Shown here: positions 45,120-53,853 of the stretch, piece after piece | Layout: every line of letters starts with the position of its first letter | Position numbering within the stretch: the stretch's first letter is position 1 | NCBI GenBank assembly: GCA_963695025.1 | Contig: CAVOFQ010000003.1 | Span: 1,962,245 to 2,026,244 of the forward strand | Length of the DNA stretch: 64,000 nt | Direction: 5' to 3' | Source: an uncultured Actinomycetes bacterium | GTDB taxonomy: Bacteria > Actinomycetota > Thermoleophilia > Gaiellales > JAICJC01 | The notes under the pieces: model-generated | The model's database searches: none | What the model saw: the letters and a program-made list of their open reading frames with translations, nothing else | Told to the model about the DNA's origin: nothing | Made by a program: the position numbers and the translations under genes

Positions 45120-46307
45120 ATGCCAGAGGTATCCCGACACCGGTTTCTGGGCTGGTTCGCCGAGCTGGCGGCGATCGGCCGGACTCCGACGGGCTGGAAC
45201 CGGGTCGCGTGGACGCCGCTCGAGGCCGAGGCGCAGGAGTGGTTCCGGCACACGGCCGAGGGCATCGGGCTCGAGGTGCGCCGCGACGGCGCGGGCAGCC
45301 TGTGGGCCGTGACTCCCGACGCCGGCGACGGCCCGTGGGTCTGCGCTGGCTCGCACCTCGACACGCAGCCCGACGGCGGCGCCTATGACGGCGCACTCGG
45401 GATCGTCTGCGCGCTCGAGGCGGTCGCCGCAGTGCTCGAGTCTGACGTCACCCGGCGGCGGCCACTGGCGGTGACCGCCTTCGTCGACGAGGAAGGCGCG
45501 CGCTTCCGCACCGCCTGCTTCGCAAGCCTCGCCATCGCGGGCCGGCTCGACATCGACGAGGCCTTGGCGGTGATGGGCGACGCACCCGCGATCTACGGCG
45601 TGACCCGCGAGTCGCTGCTCGAATGCCGGGCCCAGCTCGAGCACGTCGGCTGCTTCCTGGAGGTGCACGTCGAGCAGGGCCGCGGGCTCGTCGACCGCGG
45701 CCAGGCGCTGGGCGTTGCCGACGTGCTCGCCCCCCGCCAGCGCTGGCGGGCCGAGTTCGAGGGCGAGTCGAACCACGCGGGCACGACACCGATGGCAGGC
45801 CGACGCGACGCCCTCCTGCCGGCGGCCCGCTTCATTCTGGCGGTGGACGATGCCGCCCGGGCACGTCCGGGCGCGGTCGGCACCGTCGGCCGGATCGAGG
45901 TCTCGCCCGGCTCGACGAACTCGATTCCGGGCCACGTCGCCTGCTCGCTCGACGTGCGCGCACTCGAGGCCGCGACGATCGACGACCTCGTGGCCGAGCT
46001 GCAGCGCACCTCCGCGGGCGCCCGTATCACCGAGGCATCGCGGAACGGCGGCGCCACCTTCGACCCCGAACTGCGGGCGGCGCTGCATGCGTCGGCCGCC
46101 GCCGCGGGAGTGACGGCGGGCGACCTGCCCTCCTACGCCGGCCATGACGCCGGCATCCTCGCGGTGCACGTTCCGGCGGCCATGCTGTTCGTGCGCAACC
46201 CGACCGGAGCGAGCCACAATCCGGCCGAGTCGGCCTCCGACGACGACTGCGTCGCCGCCGCCCGGGTGCTCGCAGGTGCGCTCGCCGAGCTGGCGGCGCG
46301 TGACTGA
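45120..46307 (+). CDS. M20-family Zn hydrolase (allantoate amidohydrolase / N-carbamoyl-L-amino-acid hydrolase class)
   Basis: ORF trimmed to ATG 45120. GSHLDTQPDGGAYDGALG, EEGARF and GHDAG motifs. Confidence 0.8.
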   Translation: MPEVSRHRFLGWFAELAAIGRTPTGWNRVAWTPLEAEAQEWFRHTAEGIGLEVRRDGAGSLWAVTPDAGDGPWVCAGSHLDTQPDGGAYDGALGIVCALEAVAAVLESDVTRRRPLAVTAFVDEEGARFRTACFASLAIAGRLDIDEALAVMGDAPAIYGVTRESLLECRAQLEHVGCFLEVHVEQGRGLVDRGQALGVADVLAPRQRWRAEFEGESNHAGTTPMAGRRDALLPAARFILAVDDAARARPGAVGTVGRIEVSPGSTNSIPGHVACSLDVRALEAATIDDLVAELQRTSAGARITEASRNGGATFDPELRAALHASAAAAGVTAGDLPSYAGHDAGILAVHVPAAMLFVRNPTGASHNPAESASDDDCVAAARVLAGALAELAARD

Positions 46308-46316
46308 CCGGTGTCC

Positions 46317-46446
46317 CTGTGGATAGCCCTGTGGAGAAGTGCGCGGCCGCCCGGACGGCCTGTGGAGCGATGAACGACTTTCCCGCATGGTGCGAAGTCC
46401 GATCGAGGGAAAACCGCCCTCGGACTTGACGGCGGTCTGTGGAAAC
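46317..46446. repeat. four same-orientation CTGTGGA repeats (DnaA-box-like on the opposite strand)
   Basis: CTGTGGA occurs at 46317, 46329, 46360 and 46437. The reverse complements are CTATCCACA, TTCTCCACA, CGCTCCACA and GTTTCCACA, compared with the DnaA box TTATCCACA / TT(G/C)TCCACA. The region is non-coding. Confidence 0.4.
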
Positions 46447-46674
46447 AGCCACCCTTCTGGCGCCCAACACCCCTCGTCTCCGGCGCCAGACCCCGCGGTT
46501 TCCGTCCTCCGGGCCTGGCGCCGGGGCGTTGGTGGCCCATGACCGTCACCAGCCACCCGCAACCCGAGCAGCCCCCCGCCCCGCCCGCGGACGATGCCGC
46601 CGCGCGGCTGCTGGCGGCGATTCTCGCGTCCGCCGGCCTGCGCCGGCCCGCACAGCGCGAGGCCTAACGGTCGC

Positions 46675-46941
46675 TCAGTCGGCGTCCTGTCCGGGCCGGC
46701 GCTCGGTCGGGCCGGTGTGCTCGTCGCTCCAGGGCTCTGCGCCCGGGCCGGCCAGGAAGGCCTCGATCTCCCGGATTCCGCGGCGGACATCGCGGCGGCG
46801 GCGGATGCGCTCGCGCGTGGCGGGAGCCAGTGCGCGCCACGTCCGCACCCCGACGTGCAGGAGCACGAACATGAGCACGACCAGCGCCGCGACCGCGACG
46901 AGCGCGACGATCAACGGTTCCATTGAAGCGGTCAATGACAC
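46675..46941 (-). CDS. small single-pass membrane protein (88 aa), paralogue of 51763..52051
   Basis: MSLTASMEPLIVALVAVAALVVLMFVLLHVGVRTWRAL...RRRRDVRRGIREIEAFLAG. One TM helix is followed by an Arg-rich amphipathic tail. Confidence 0.5.
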   Translation of the reverse strand: MSLTASMEPLIVALVAVAALVVLMFVLLHVGVRTWRALAPATRERIRRRRDVRRGIREIEAFLAGPGAEPWSDEHTGPTERRPGQDAD

Positions 46942-47033
46942 GGTACCGACCTGACTTCCATCTGCCTCTGCCCCCGTCGAGTGTATGCCTCAGAGGAGCC
47001 GCGCGCAATGCATCGTGGGATGGCTCACGCTCG

Positions 47034-48188
47034 TCACCGGATCACCGTCATGCAGTAGGTGCTGTCCGTCCCGAACGGGCCGCCGCAATGGGTGCGGCGC
47101 TCGAACTGGTTCGCGTTTCCGAAGCTGTCGGCCGTGCTCGGCTGGTTGACGCCGTAGGTCAATGATCCATTCGTGTTCTGGCTGAACCAGGGATAGATGC
47201 AGTACGGGCCGCCATAGTGCGTGCACGTCGATCCGGTCTCGCTCGGGTCGAGGATCTGGGCCTTGCCGCCGTAGTCGCTCACGACCGCCCAGTGCTTGGC
47301 CTGGCCGCGGTCGCCGAACGTGACCGACTTGATCTGGATGGGAGTGGTCTCGCGCCAGGCGCGCCAGTTGTACGACTCGCAGCCGGAGTGCCCGGGCGCG
47401 CAGAAGGCCCCTGGCCGCGCGCCGAAGTCGGAGCGGTGCCCGATCTCCCACACGAATGAGTTGGGGGCGTCGTGGACGATTCCCCACCCAAGCGAGTTTC
47501 CGATCACCTGCCGGCTGAACGCCGGCATCAGCGGGCCCCAGCGCTTGCTGTTCAGGATGACGGTGCCCCCCTGGTGCGTTGTCAGATCGGTGACCGTGAT
47601 GTGGGCGCCGTCGCGCGCGGGCGTCTGGAAGTAGTGCAGGACGATCGTGTCGCCGCCGTGCATGACGAGCGGCCCGCGCCTGTGGCCGTTGCGCAGCATG
47701 GCGTTGAACGCCGCGGGCTCGTTGTTGCCCACGACCGACCAGACCGGCGTGCAGACGGTGTAGGTGTTGCGCGAGAACGTGAACTGGGAGTTGCCGTTCG
47801 GGTCGCAGCGCGAGACGAGCGTGTCGGGGTAGAACTGCACCTCGAGGAACGCCTGGTGGAACAGGCTGTGCGGGTCGGTGACCGTGCCGCCGAACCAGAA
47901 TCCGAAGCCGGTCCCCGACACCCGGAACGCCCCGTCGATCGGCAGGACGGCCTTCCAGGTCAGGTTCTGGGCCGAGTGCGGGAGCGAGGAGACCGGGTCG
48001 AGCTCGGGCTCGTCATGGCCGGTGCAGCCCGGCCGGTAGTGCACCTCGAGCTTGCCGTCCACGTAGATCACGTGACGGGCGACGCACGCCGTCCCGTGTC
48101 GAGTTGCCGCCCCGGCGATCGCGGGCGCCCACAGAAGCGCCCCGACGACCAGCGTCAAGGCGGACACGCACCACCATCTACGTCCCAC
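47034..48188 (-). CDS. secreted Cys-rich protein of unknown function
   Basis: GTG start preceded by a GGGGGAGGG RBS. The signal peptide is MGRRWWCVSALTLVVGALLWAPAIAGAA. 384 aa. About a dozen or more Cys residues, no recognised motif. Confidence 0.65.
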   Translation of the reverse strand: MGRRWWCVSALTLVVGALLWAPAIAGAATRHGTACVARHVIYVDGKLEVHYRPGCTGHDEPELDPVSSLPHSAQNLTWKAVLPIDGAFRVSGTGFGFWFGGTVTDPHSLFHQAFLEVQFYPDTLVSRCDPNGNSQFTFSRNTYTVCTPVWSVVGNNEPAAFNAMLRNGHRRGPLVMHGGDTIVLHYFQTPARDGAHITVTDLTTHQGGTVILNSKRWGPLMPAFSRQVIGNSLGWGIVHDAPNSFVWEIGHRSDFGARPGAFCAPGHSGCESYNWRAWRETTPIQIKSVTFGDRGQAKHWAVVSDYGGKAQILDPSETGSTCTHYGGPYCIYPWFSQNTNGSLTYGVNQPSTADSFGNANQFERRTHCGGPFGTDSTYCMTVIR

Positions 48189-48292
48189 GCGAACCCTCCC
48201 CCTCGGATCAAAAACGCCTCCGCACTCTACGACCCGGTGCCTTCGATTGCAATGGCATCGACCACCCGCACCACCACGGCCGCCTGCGGGCT

Positions 48293-49321
48293 CTACGCCA
48301 CCCCCGCCGAGAGCCGCGCCGCCGCCTCTCCCGTGATGAAACGGGCGATCGACGCGAGGTCTCCGGCGTGTGAGAAGCCCGCCGCCTGCTTGTGACCGCC
48401 GCCGCCGACCTTGCGGGCGATCTCGGACACGTCGATGGCGCCGCGCGATCGCAGCGACACGCGGTTTGGGGAGGCCAGGCCGACGGCCACGAGCGGCGGC
48501 TCGCGGATCAGGGCCGCGACCTCGACGCCCGCGATCGCGCGCAGGTGGTCGACGAGTCCCTCGGTGTCGGACTCGGCGGCGCCCAGCTCGGCGAAGTCCG
48601 CCCGGTCGAGGTGCGAGATCGCCACGCGGCCGTCCTCGTAGAGGACGAGGTGGTCGATGACGCGGCCGAGCAGGCGCAGCTTGCGCAGTGGGACGGTCTC
48701 GAACACGCGCTGGTAGACGCGCTGGATGTCGACGCCCGCGTCCACCAGGCGGGCCGCCATCCGCAGCGCATTGGCGCCCGTCGTGCGCTGCTGAAACCGG
48801 CCCGTGTCGGTGACGAGCGCGACGTAGAGCGACTGGGCGATGTCGGGGGTGAGCTCGACACCCAGCGCCTCGAGCACGTCGAGCAGGATCTCGGCGGTCG
48901 AGGAGGCCGACCCGTCGATCAGGTTGATGGCGCCAAAGCGCGTGTTGTCGTAGTGGTGGTCGATGTCGATGACGGTCGCGGCGGTCTCGACCACGCCCCG
49001 GTGCCCCCGGCCCAGCCTGCGCATCGTGGCGCAGTCGAGGGCGAGCAGCGTCCAGGAGCCGAGCTCGGACTCGTCCAGGTGCCGCTCGAGGCCGGCCACG
49101 TCCAGCAGGCGCAGCTCACTCGGGATCGACGAGGCCGGCTCGAGGTAGGTGCGGACGGCCTTGCCCAGCTGGCGCAGTCCGGCCGCCGCCGCCACGAGCG
49201 AGCCGATCGCGTCGCCGTCGGGGTTCTCGTGGGTTGCGACGACGATCCTCGGGGCCGCCCGCAACGCCGCCACAGCATTCGCGAACCCCGGGTCGGACGC
49301 GCGCTTTTGCGTCTCGTCCAC
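48293..49321 (-). CDS. nrnA: DHH-family phosphoesterase (NrnA-like oligoribonuclease/pAp phosphatase)
   Basis: ORF trimmed to GTG 49321 (GGAGG RBS). HENPDGDAIGS, DIDHH, TDTGRF and GGGHKQAAG (DHHA1) motifs. Confidence 0.8.
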   Translation of the reverse strand: MDETQKRASDPGFANAVAALRAAPRIVVATHENPDGDAIGSLVAAAAGLRQLGKAVRTYLEPASSIPSELRLLDVAGLERHLDESELGSWTLLALDCATMRRLGRGHRGVVETAATVIDIDHHYDNTRFGAINLIDGSASSTAEILLDVLEALGVELTPDIAQSLYVALVTDTGRFQQRTTGANALRMAARLVDAGVDIQRVYQRVFETVPLRKLRLLGRVIDHLVLYEDGRVAISHLDRADFAELGAAESDTEGLVDHLRAIAGVEVAALIREPPLVAVGLASPNRVSLRSRGAIDVSEIARKVGGGGHKQAAGFSHAGDLASIARFITGEAAARLSAGVA

Positions 49322-49362
49322 GCCTCCATAATAGGGTCGCCCCGGAGCGAGGTACCGGGCGG

Positions 49363-51102
49363 TCAGTCGCCCTCGGCGAGGGCCATCTCGCCCTCGGCCG
49401 AGGCCACCACCGGCGCCACGTGCTCTCCGTCGACGCCGTGCACGTACTTGCCGCCGCGCAACCACGAGGCGGCCGCGGCGATGAGGCAGGCGGCGACCGC
49501 GAAGTCGAAGGCCTCGTCCAGGCCGCTCGAGAACGGCCTCGACATCAGCTTCGGAAAGTACGTGCGCCCGGTCAGATAGGAGGCATGGGCGTGCGAGACA
49601 TGCTGCAGCACGCTCGGGCCGAGCAGGTGCTGCATCGGGTTGTAGCCCAGGAATGAGGCGAACAGGAGCCCGACCGGCGGCAGGTGCGAGATGCGGGCCG
49701 CATCAGCCGGCGGCACGCCCTGGGCGAGCAGTCCCTGGTGCAGCGTCGAGGGCAGCGAGCTCGCGAGCCCCAGGATCATCAGCGAGAAGAAGATCCCGAT
49801 CGAGAGCACGAGGGCCGAGTTCTGGAAGGTCGTCGCCATGCCGGCGCCGGCGCCGCGCTGGTCGGGGGGCAGGCTGTTCATGATGCCCGCCTGGTTCGGC
49901 GAGGCGAACAGTCCCATCCCCAGCCCGACGATCAGCAGCAGAAGGCCGAACCAGAGGTAGTTGAAGTTGACCGGCAGAAGCTCGAGCAGGAAGAAGCTGA
50001 GCGCGGCGACCAGCATGCCGCCGGTGGCGAACGGGCGCGCGCCGAAGCGGTCTGAAAGGTAGCCCGACGCCGGGCCGGCGATGAGGAACCCAGCCGTCAG
50101 CGGCAGCATGTAGATGCCCGCCCAGAGCGGCGTGGACGAAAAGCTGTAGCCGTGCAGCGGCAGCCAGATCCCCTGGAGCCACATGATCAGCATGAACATG
50201 AGCCCGCCACGGCCGAGCGAGGCGAGCAGCGTGGCGATGTTGCCCGCGGTGAAGGCGCGGATGCGGAAGAGGCTCAGACGGAACATCGGGTCATCGACCC
50301 GAGTCTCGATGAAGGCGAAGATCGCAAGCAGGACGAGGCCACCGCCCATGGACGCGACCACCTTGGGGGACGTCCACCCCATCGTGTGGCCCCCGTACGG
50401 CTGGATGCCGTAGGTGATCGCGACCAGCACGGCGATCAGGCCGGCGGCGAAGGTGAGGTTGCCCCACCAGTCGATCTTCGCGGGCTTGCGGATGCCCAGG
50501 TCGACGAGCTTCCACCACGACCACAGCGTCCCGAAGAGGCCGACCGGCACCGAGACCAGGAACACGAGCCGCCACGAAACCGGCCCCAGCACCCCGCCGA
50601 GCACGAGCCCGATGAACGAGCCCGCGATGCCGGCCACGGCGTTCACTCCGAGCGCCAGGCCGCGCTGGTCATGCGGGAACGCGTCGGTGAGGATGGCGGA
50701 GGAGTTCGCAAACAGGAAGGCGCCGCCGACGCCCTGGCCCACCCGCATCACGATCAGCCACAGCGCTCCGTGGGCGCCGGACATCCACGTCACGGACAGC
50801 AGCAGCGAGAAGACGGTGAAGATCGCAAAGCCCATGTTGAACATGCGCACCCGGCCGTAGATGTCCCCGACCCGGCCGAAGCTCACGACCAGCACCGCGG
50901 TCGCGACCAGGAAGCCCATGATCATCCACAGGAGGTAGCTCGAGTTGCCCTGGCCGAGCGGATCGAGGTGGATGCCGCGGAAGATGTCCGGCAGCGCGAT
51001 CAGGACGATCGACGAGTTGATCGTCGCCATCAGGATCCCGACCGTCGTGTTCGAGAGGGCGATCCACTTGTACCGCGGCGACGGCGGCGCCTGCGGGCTC
51101 AC
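49363..51102 (-). CDS. MFS transporter (14-TMS DHA2/EmrB-like)
   Basis: 579 aa with many TM helices and a GRVGDIYGR motif-A-like loop. The GTG start overlaps the MerR stop (GTGA). Confidence 0.85.
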   Translation of the reverse strand: MSPQAPPSPRYKWIALSNTTVGILMATINSSIVLIALPDIFRGIHLDPLGQGNSSYLLWMIMGFLVATAVLVVSFGRVGDIYGRVRMFNMGFAIFTVFSLLLSVTWMSGAHGALWLIVMRVGQGVGGAFLFANSSAILTDAFPHDQRGLALGVNAVAGIAGSFIGLVLGGVLGPVSWRLVFLVSVPVGLFGTLWSWWKLVDLGIRKPAKIDWWGNLTFAAGLIAVLVAITYGIQPYGGHTMGWTSPKVVASMGGGLVLLAIFAFIETRVDDPMFRLSLFRIRAFTAGNIATLLASLGRGGLMFMLIMWLQGIWLPLHGYSFSSTPLWAGIYMLPLTAGFLIAGPASGYLSDRFGARPFATGGMLVAALSFFLLELLPVNFNYLWFGLLLLIVGLGMGLFASPNQAGIMNSLPPDQRGAGAGMATTFQNSALVLSIGIFFSLMILGLASSLPSTLHQGLLAQGVPPADAARISHLPPVGLLFASFLGYNPMQHLLGPSVLQHVSHAHASYLTGRTYFPKLMSRPFSSGLDEAFDFAVAACLIAAAASWLRGGKYVHGVDGEHVAPVVASAEGEMALAEGD

Positions 51103-51563
51103 GCCTGTTCCTCGAACTCGTCCCGCACCACGCGGATCTGCCGGCGCTTGTCCATCAGCTCGTCCTCGAGCTGCTCGAGCGCGGCGCGGCGAGACCGCAC
51201 GAGCGCGACCTGCCGATCGACATGCGTCATCGCCTCGGCCAGGATGCGCGCGCGATCGTCCGCGGGCGGCTGGCCGTGCCAGCGCTCGCGCAGCACCGCC
51301 CGGGCGGCCTCGGCCTCCATCCAGTCGCCGAGCTCGGCCAGCGACAGCCCCAGAAGGTCGCGCACCCGGATGAGCTCGGCCAGCCGCAGTTCGTCCTCGT
51401 GGTCGTACAGGCGATGCGATCCCTCGGGTCGTCCGCGGTCGGGCAGCAGCCCGAGTTCCTCGTAGTAGCGCACGGTCCTCGGTGTCGCTCCGACGCGGCG
51501 GGCGAGCTCTCCGATCCGGAAGCGGCCCTCCTCGAGCGGGGCGGCGGGCTGTTCTTGGGACAT
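51099..51563 (-). CDS. MerR-family transcriptional regulator
   Basis: ORF trimmed to ATG 51563. FRIGELARRVGATPRTVRYYEELGLL is the MerR HTH and a coiled-coil C-terminus follows. Confidence 0.85.
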   Translation of the reverse strand: MSQEQPAAPLEEGRFRIGELARRVGATPRTVRYYEELGLLPDRGRPEGSHRLYDHEDELRLAELIRVRDLLGLSLAELGDWMEAEAARAVLRERWHGQPPADDRARILAEAMTHVDRQVALVRSRRAALEQLEDELMDKRRQIRVVRDEFEEQA

Positions 51564-51577
51564 ATTCACCTTCACGG

Positions 51578-51608
51578 AAGATAGCAGGGGGAAATACGGC
51601 GTGAGCAA
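51578..51608 (-). promoter_or_regulatory. candidate MerR-type promoter with a 19-bp spacer
   Basis: The minus strand reads TTGCTC-(19 nt)-TATCTT ending 14 nt upstream of the merR-like ATG. The overlong spacer is the hallmark of MerR-controlled promoters. No clear dyad was seen. Confidence 0.3.
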
Positions 51609-51632
51609 CCCTCTATGAGCACCTTGTTTCGG

Positions 51633-51638
51633 TATAAT
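51633..51638 (+). promoter_or_regulatory. consensus -10 hexamer TATAAT facing the small membrane-protein gene
   Basis: Perfect TATAAT in the AT-richer merR-divergent spacer, 125 nt upstream of ATG 51763. No good -35 element. Confidence 0.3.
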
Positions 51639-51762
51639 CTCCGGCGAACGTGAGATACATCCGGCGTTAAACTCGGGGAGGATCGCCGTGAACATCCGCT
51701 GGCACGGTCAGTCCGCCCACACGCTCGCGCCACTGCGGGGCTGAGGCGCGAGGCGGGCGGTC

Positions 51763-52051
51763 ATGTCCGGAGCCCTGATCTCGCTGAACGCCTGGGGGTG
51801 GGCCCTGGCCGACGCCGTGATCGCGGTCGGCGCCGCGATGATCGTTGTCGTCCTCGTGCTGCGGCGCGACGTGCGTGTTCGGTGGGCGCTGCTCGAGTTG
51901 GCGGCGGCGGCGGAGCGAGCGCCGGTACATTCGGTCGGGTATGCGCGACCTCGAGCGCTACCTGGCTGGGGCGCTAGCCGGCCCCGCGCCACCACGCCGG
52001 CCAGGTCACGGCGAGGCCGGCCAGCACCGGGACGGTGGCGGGAATCGGTGA
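51763..52051 (+). pseudogene. small single-pass membrane protein, paralogue of 46675..46941, apparently frameshifted
   Basis: The frame of ORF 51763..52089 gives MSGALISLNAWGWALADAVIAVGAAMIVVVLVLRRDVRVRWALLE. The +1 frame (ORF 51845..52051) continues WRRRRSERRYIRSGMRDLERYLAG, which matches RRRRDVRRGIREIEAFLAG of the paralogue. The junction is near 51898. Confidence 0.35.
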
Positions 52052-52768
52052 GGTCACCTCGAGCAGGAATCCCCACGCGAGCGCTGTGACGGCGACGGCC
52101 GCGGCCGCGGCCACCCGCCGCCGGGTGCGCCGGCCCACCACCGTACCGAGGAGCGCGGGCGCGAGGAAGTCGAGCCAGCCCATGCTGGAGTTGCCGAGCT
52201 CGACCTGCTGCAGCGAGGGGAGGGGCCGGGAGCGATGGTGCGCGACGCCAACCCGCGGCAGGACCACGTGCTGCAGCGCGGTCGTCGTGGACTCCACCTG
52301 GCGGTTGCCCCAGACGAGGTAGATGTCGAGGCCCACGAGCAGCACGAGGCCAATCGCCAGGTAGCGCGCGGGCGTGACGGGGCCGACGATGCCGGCGATG
52401 GCGAGACAGGCTCCGCCGATCAGGATCGCCCCGGCAGCCTGGGCGACGTGGCCGCTCGTCTGCCACGCGGTCACATAGAGCGCGGCGGCGCCGACGGTGG
52501 CCAGCGGCCACAGCGGCCGCGGCCACCGGGCCGCCCATCCGAGCAGCGCCGCCAGTATCGGCGTCGCAATCGTGCCGAGCCACGCCTCGAACGAGGCTCC
52601 CGAGCCGCCCAGGAAGTGCACGAGGCCGACGCCGACGACCAGCGCCACGGCGGGTCCGGCGAGGCCGAGGAGCGCAGTTCGGCGGCTGGTCTCCCGCCCC
52701 ACCGCAGACGCTGCGACCAGCAGGCCCTGGGCGGCGCACAGCGCTGCGTACCATGGGAACAGGAACAC
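51974..52768 (-). CDS. polytopic integral membrane protein, unknown function
   Basis: 264 aa with about 7-8 hydrophobic helices. Two intramembrane Asp contexts (VGLDIYLVWG, MGWLDFLAPALL) are weakly reminiscent of intramembrane aspartyl proteases. Confidence 0.6.
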   Translation of the reverse strand: MFLFPWYAALCAAQGLLVAASAVGRETSRRTALLGLAGPAVALVVGVGLVHFLGGSGASFEAWLGTIATPILAALLGWAARWPRPLWPLATVGAAALYVTAWQTSGHVAQAAGAILIGGACLAIAGIVGPVTPARYLAIGLVLLVGLDIYLVWGNRQVESTTTALQHVVLPRVGVAHHRSRPLPSLQQVELGNSSMGWLDFLAPALLGTVVGRRTRRRVAAAAAVAVTALAWGFLLEVTSPIPATVPVLAGLAVTWPAWWRGAG

Positions 52769-52900
52769 CGGGGCGGGAAGCTAGTGGATCTCAGAAGCCC
52801 ACGGCGTGACCGACCATAGTCTCGATCGCCGCGAGCGGCGCGGTGCGGTACGCTGGCTCTGGAGCGTTCCAATGGCCGTCTTGTCGACATCAGAACCCAC

Positions 52901-53809
52901 GTGACCACGCCGATCGGGCTGGCAATTGTTGGCGCGGGGCGGATGGGCATCACGCATATGCGCGCGCTCGCGGACGAGCCGTCCGTGCGCCTCCGGGCGA
53001 TCGTCGATCCCTCCGAGCAGGCCCGGGCGAGCGCCGTATCGGCGTCGCCCGGAACGCCGGCGTTCGCCGATCTCGATGCGGCCGTCGGACACGGCGGTGT
53101 CGACGCCGTGCTCATCGCCGCCCCGTCGACGCTGCACGTGGCGCTCGTGCGCGAGTGCGCCGCGCGTGGCCTGCCGATGCTGTGCGAGAAGCCGTGCGGG
53201 ACAACGCCGGACGAGGCGAGGGCCGCGGCCGCGGCGGCCGACCGGGCCGGCTGCCTGCTCCAGATCGGGTACTGGCGCAGGTTCGCGCCCGAGTTGGTGG
53301 AACTGCGCGAGCGGATGCGGTCGGGAGCTCTGGGCGAGCTCGTGCTCGTCTCGTGCTATCAGTGGGATGCCAAGCCCCCGACCCGGGCGTTCCGCGGCAC
53401 GAGCGGCGGCATCGCGGTGGACATGGGCGTCCACGAGTTCGATCAGCTGCGCTGGCTGACCGGACAGGAGCTGGAGACATTCGCGACCGTCACTCAGGCC
53501 CCCACCGCGGACGGCCCGGAGGGACTGCAGATCCTGGGCGCCCTCTCAGGCGGGACCGCAGCATTCGTGTCGCTCGGACAGAGCTTCCCGCACGGCGACT
53601 GCGTCTGGGTGGAGGTGTTCGGCACCGCCGGGTACGAGCGCTGCGAGGTGCTGTGGGGAGCCGGCGGCGACGCCTCGCTTCACCGCGCGCTGCGGGCTCA
53701 GGCGCGTGCGTTCGCCGCCCGCGTCGGGGGCGACTCGGGCGGCGATGCGGCGACGGCCCAGGACGCTCTGCTCACGCTGCGGGCGGCCGAGCGCGTCCAC
53801 CCCGGTTGA
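52901..53809 (+). CDS. Gfo/Idh/MocA-family oxidoreductase
   Basis: GTG start. IGLAIVGAGRMG Rossmann motif and an EKP motif (LCEKPCG). Confidence 0.8.
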   Translation: MTTPIGLAIVGAGRMGITHMRALADEPSVRLRAIVDPSEQARASAVSASPGTPAFADLDAAVGHGGVDAVLIAAPSTLHVALVRECAARGLPMLCEKPCGTTPDEARAAAAAADRAGCLLQIGYWRRFAPELVELRERMRSGALGELVLVSCYQWDAKPPTRAFRGTSGGIAVDMGVHEFDQLRWLTGQELETFATVTQAPTADGPEGLQILGALSGGTAAFVSLGQSFPHGDCVWVEVFGTAGYERCEVLWGAGGDASLHRALRAQARAFAARVGGDSGGDAATAQDALLTLRAAERVHPG

Positions 53810-53853
53810 CGCCGGCACACCCCCCGCCGGCCCGATCGGGTAAGACATCGCCC

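Noticed and set aside
46539-46667. A 42-aa ORF (MTVTSHPQPEQPPAPPADDAAARLLAAILASAGLRRPAQREA, TAA stop) in the same non-coding gap.
   Set aside because: It has no RBS, a Pro/Ala-rich composition and no recognisable similarity. It is indistinguishable from a chance ORF.
46308-46674. The DnaA-box-like cluster considered as the chromosomal origin (oriC).
   Set aside because: There is no dnaA, dnaN, rpmH or gyrB nearby and no AT-rich unwinding element. Only four boxes are present. It is kept only as a possible secondary DnaA or regulator binding cluster.
51974-52768. The polytopic membrane protein considered as a presenilin/signal-peptide-peptidase-like or prepilin-peptidase-like aspartyl protease (VGLDIY and GWLDFLAPAL).
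   Set aside because: The motifs deviate from YD / GxGD / PAL, and the PAL-like string is only 4 residues from the second Asp. It is mentioned in the feature evidence but not claimed.
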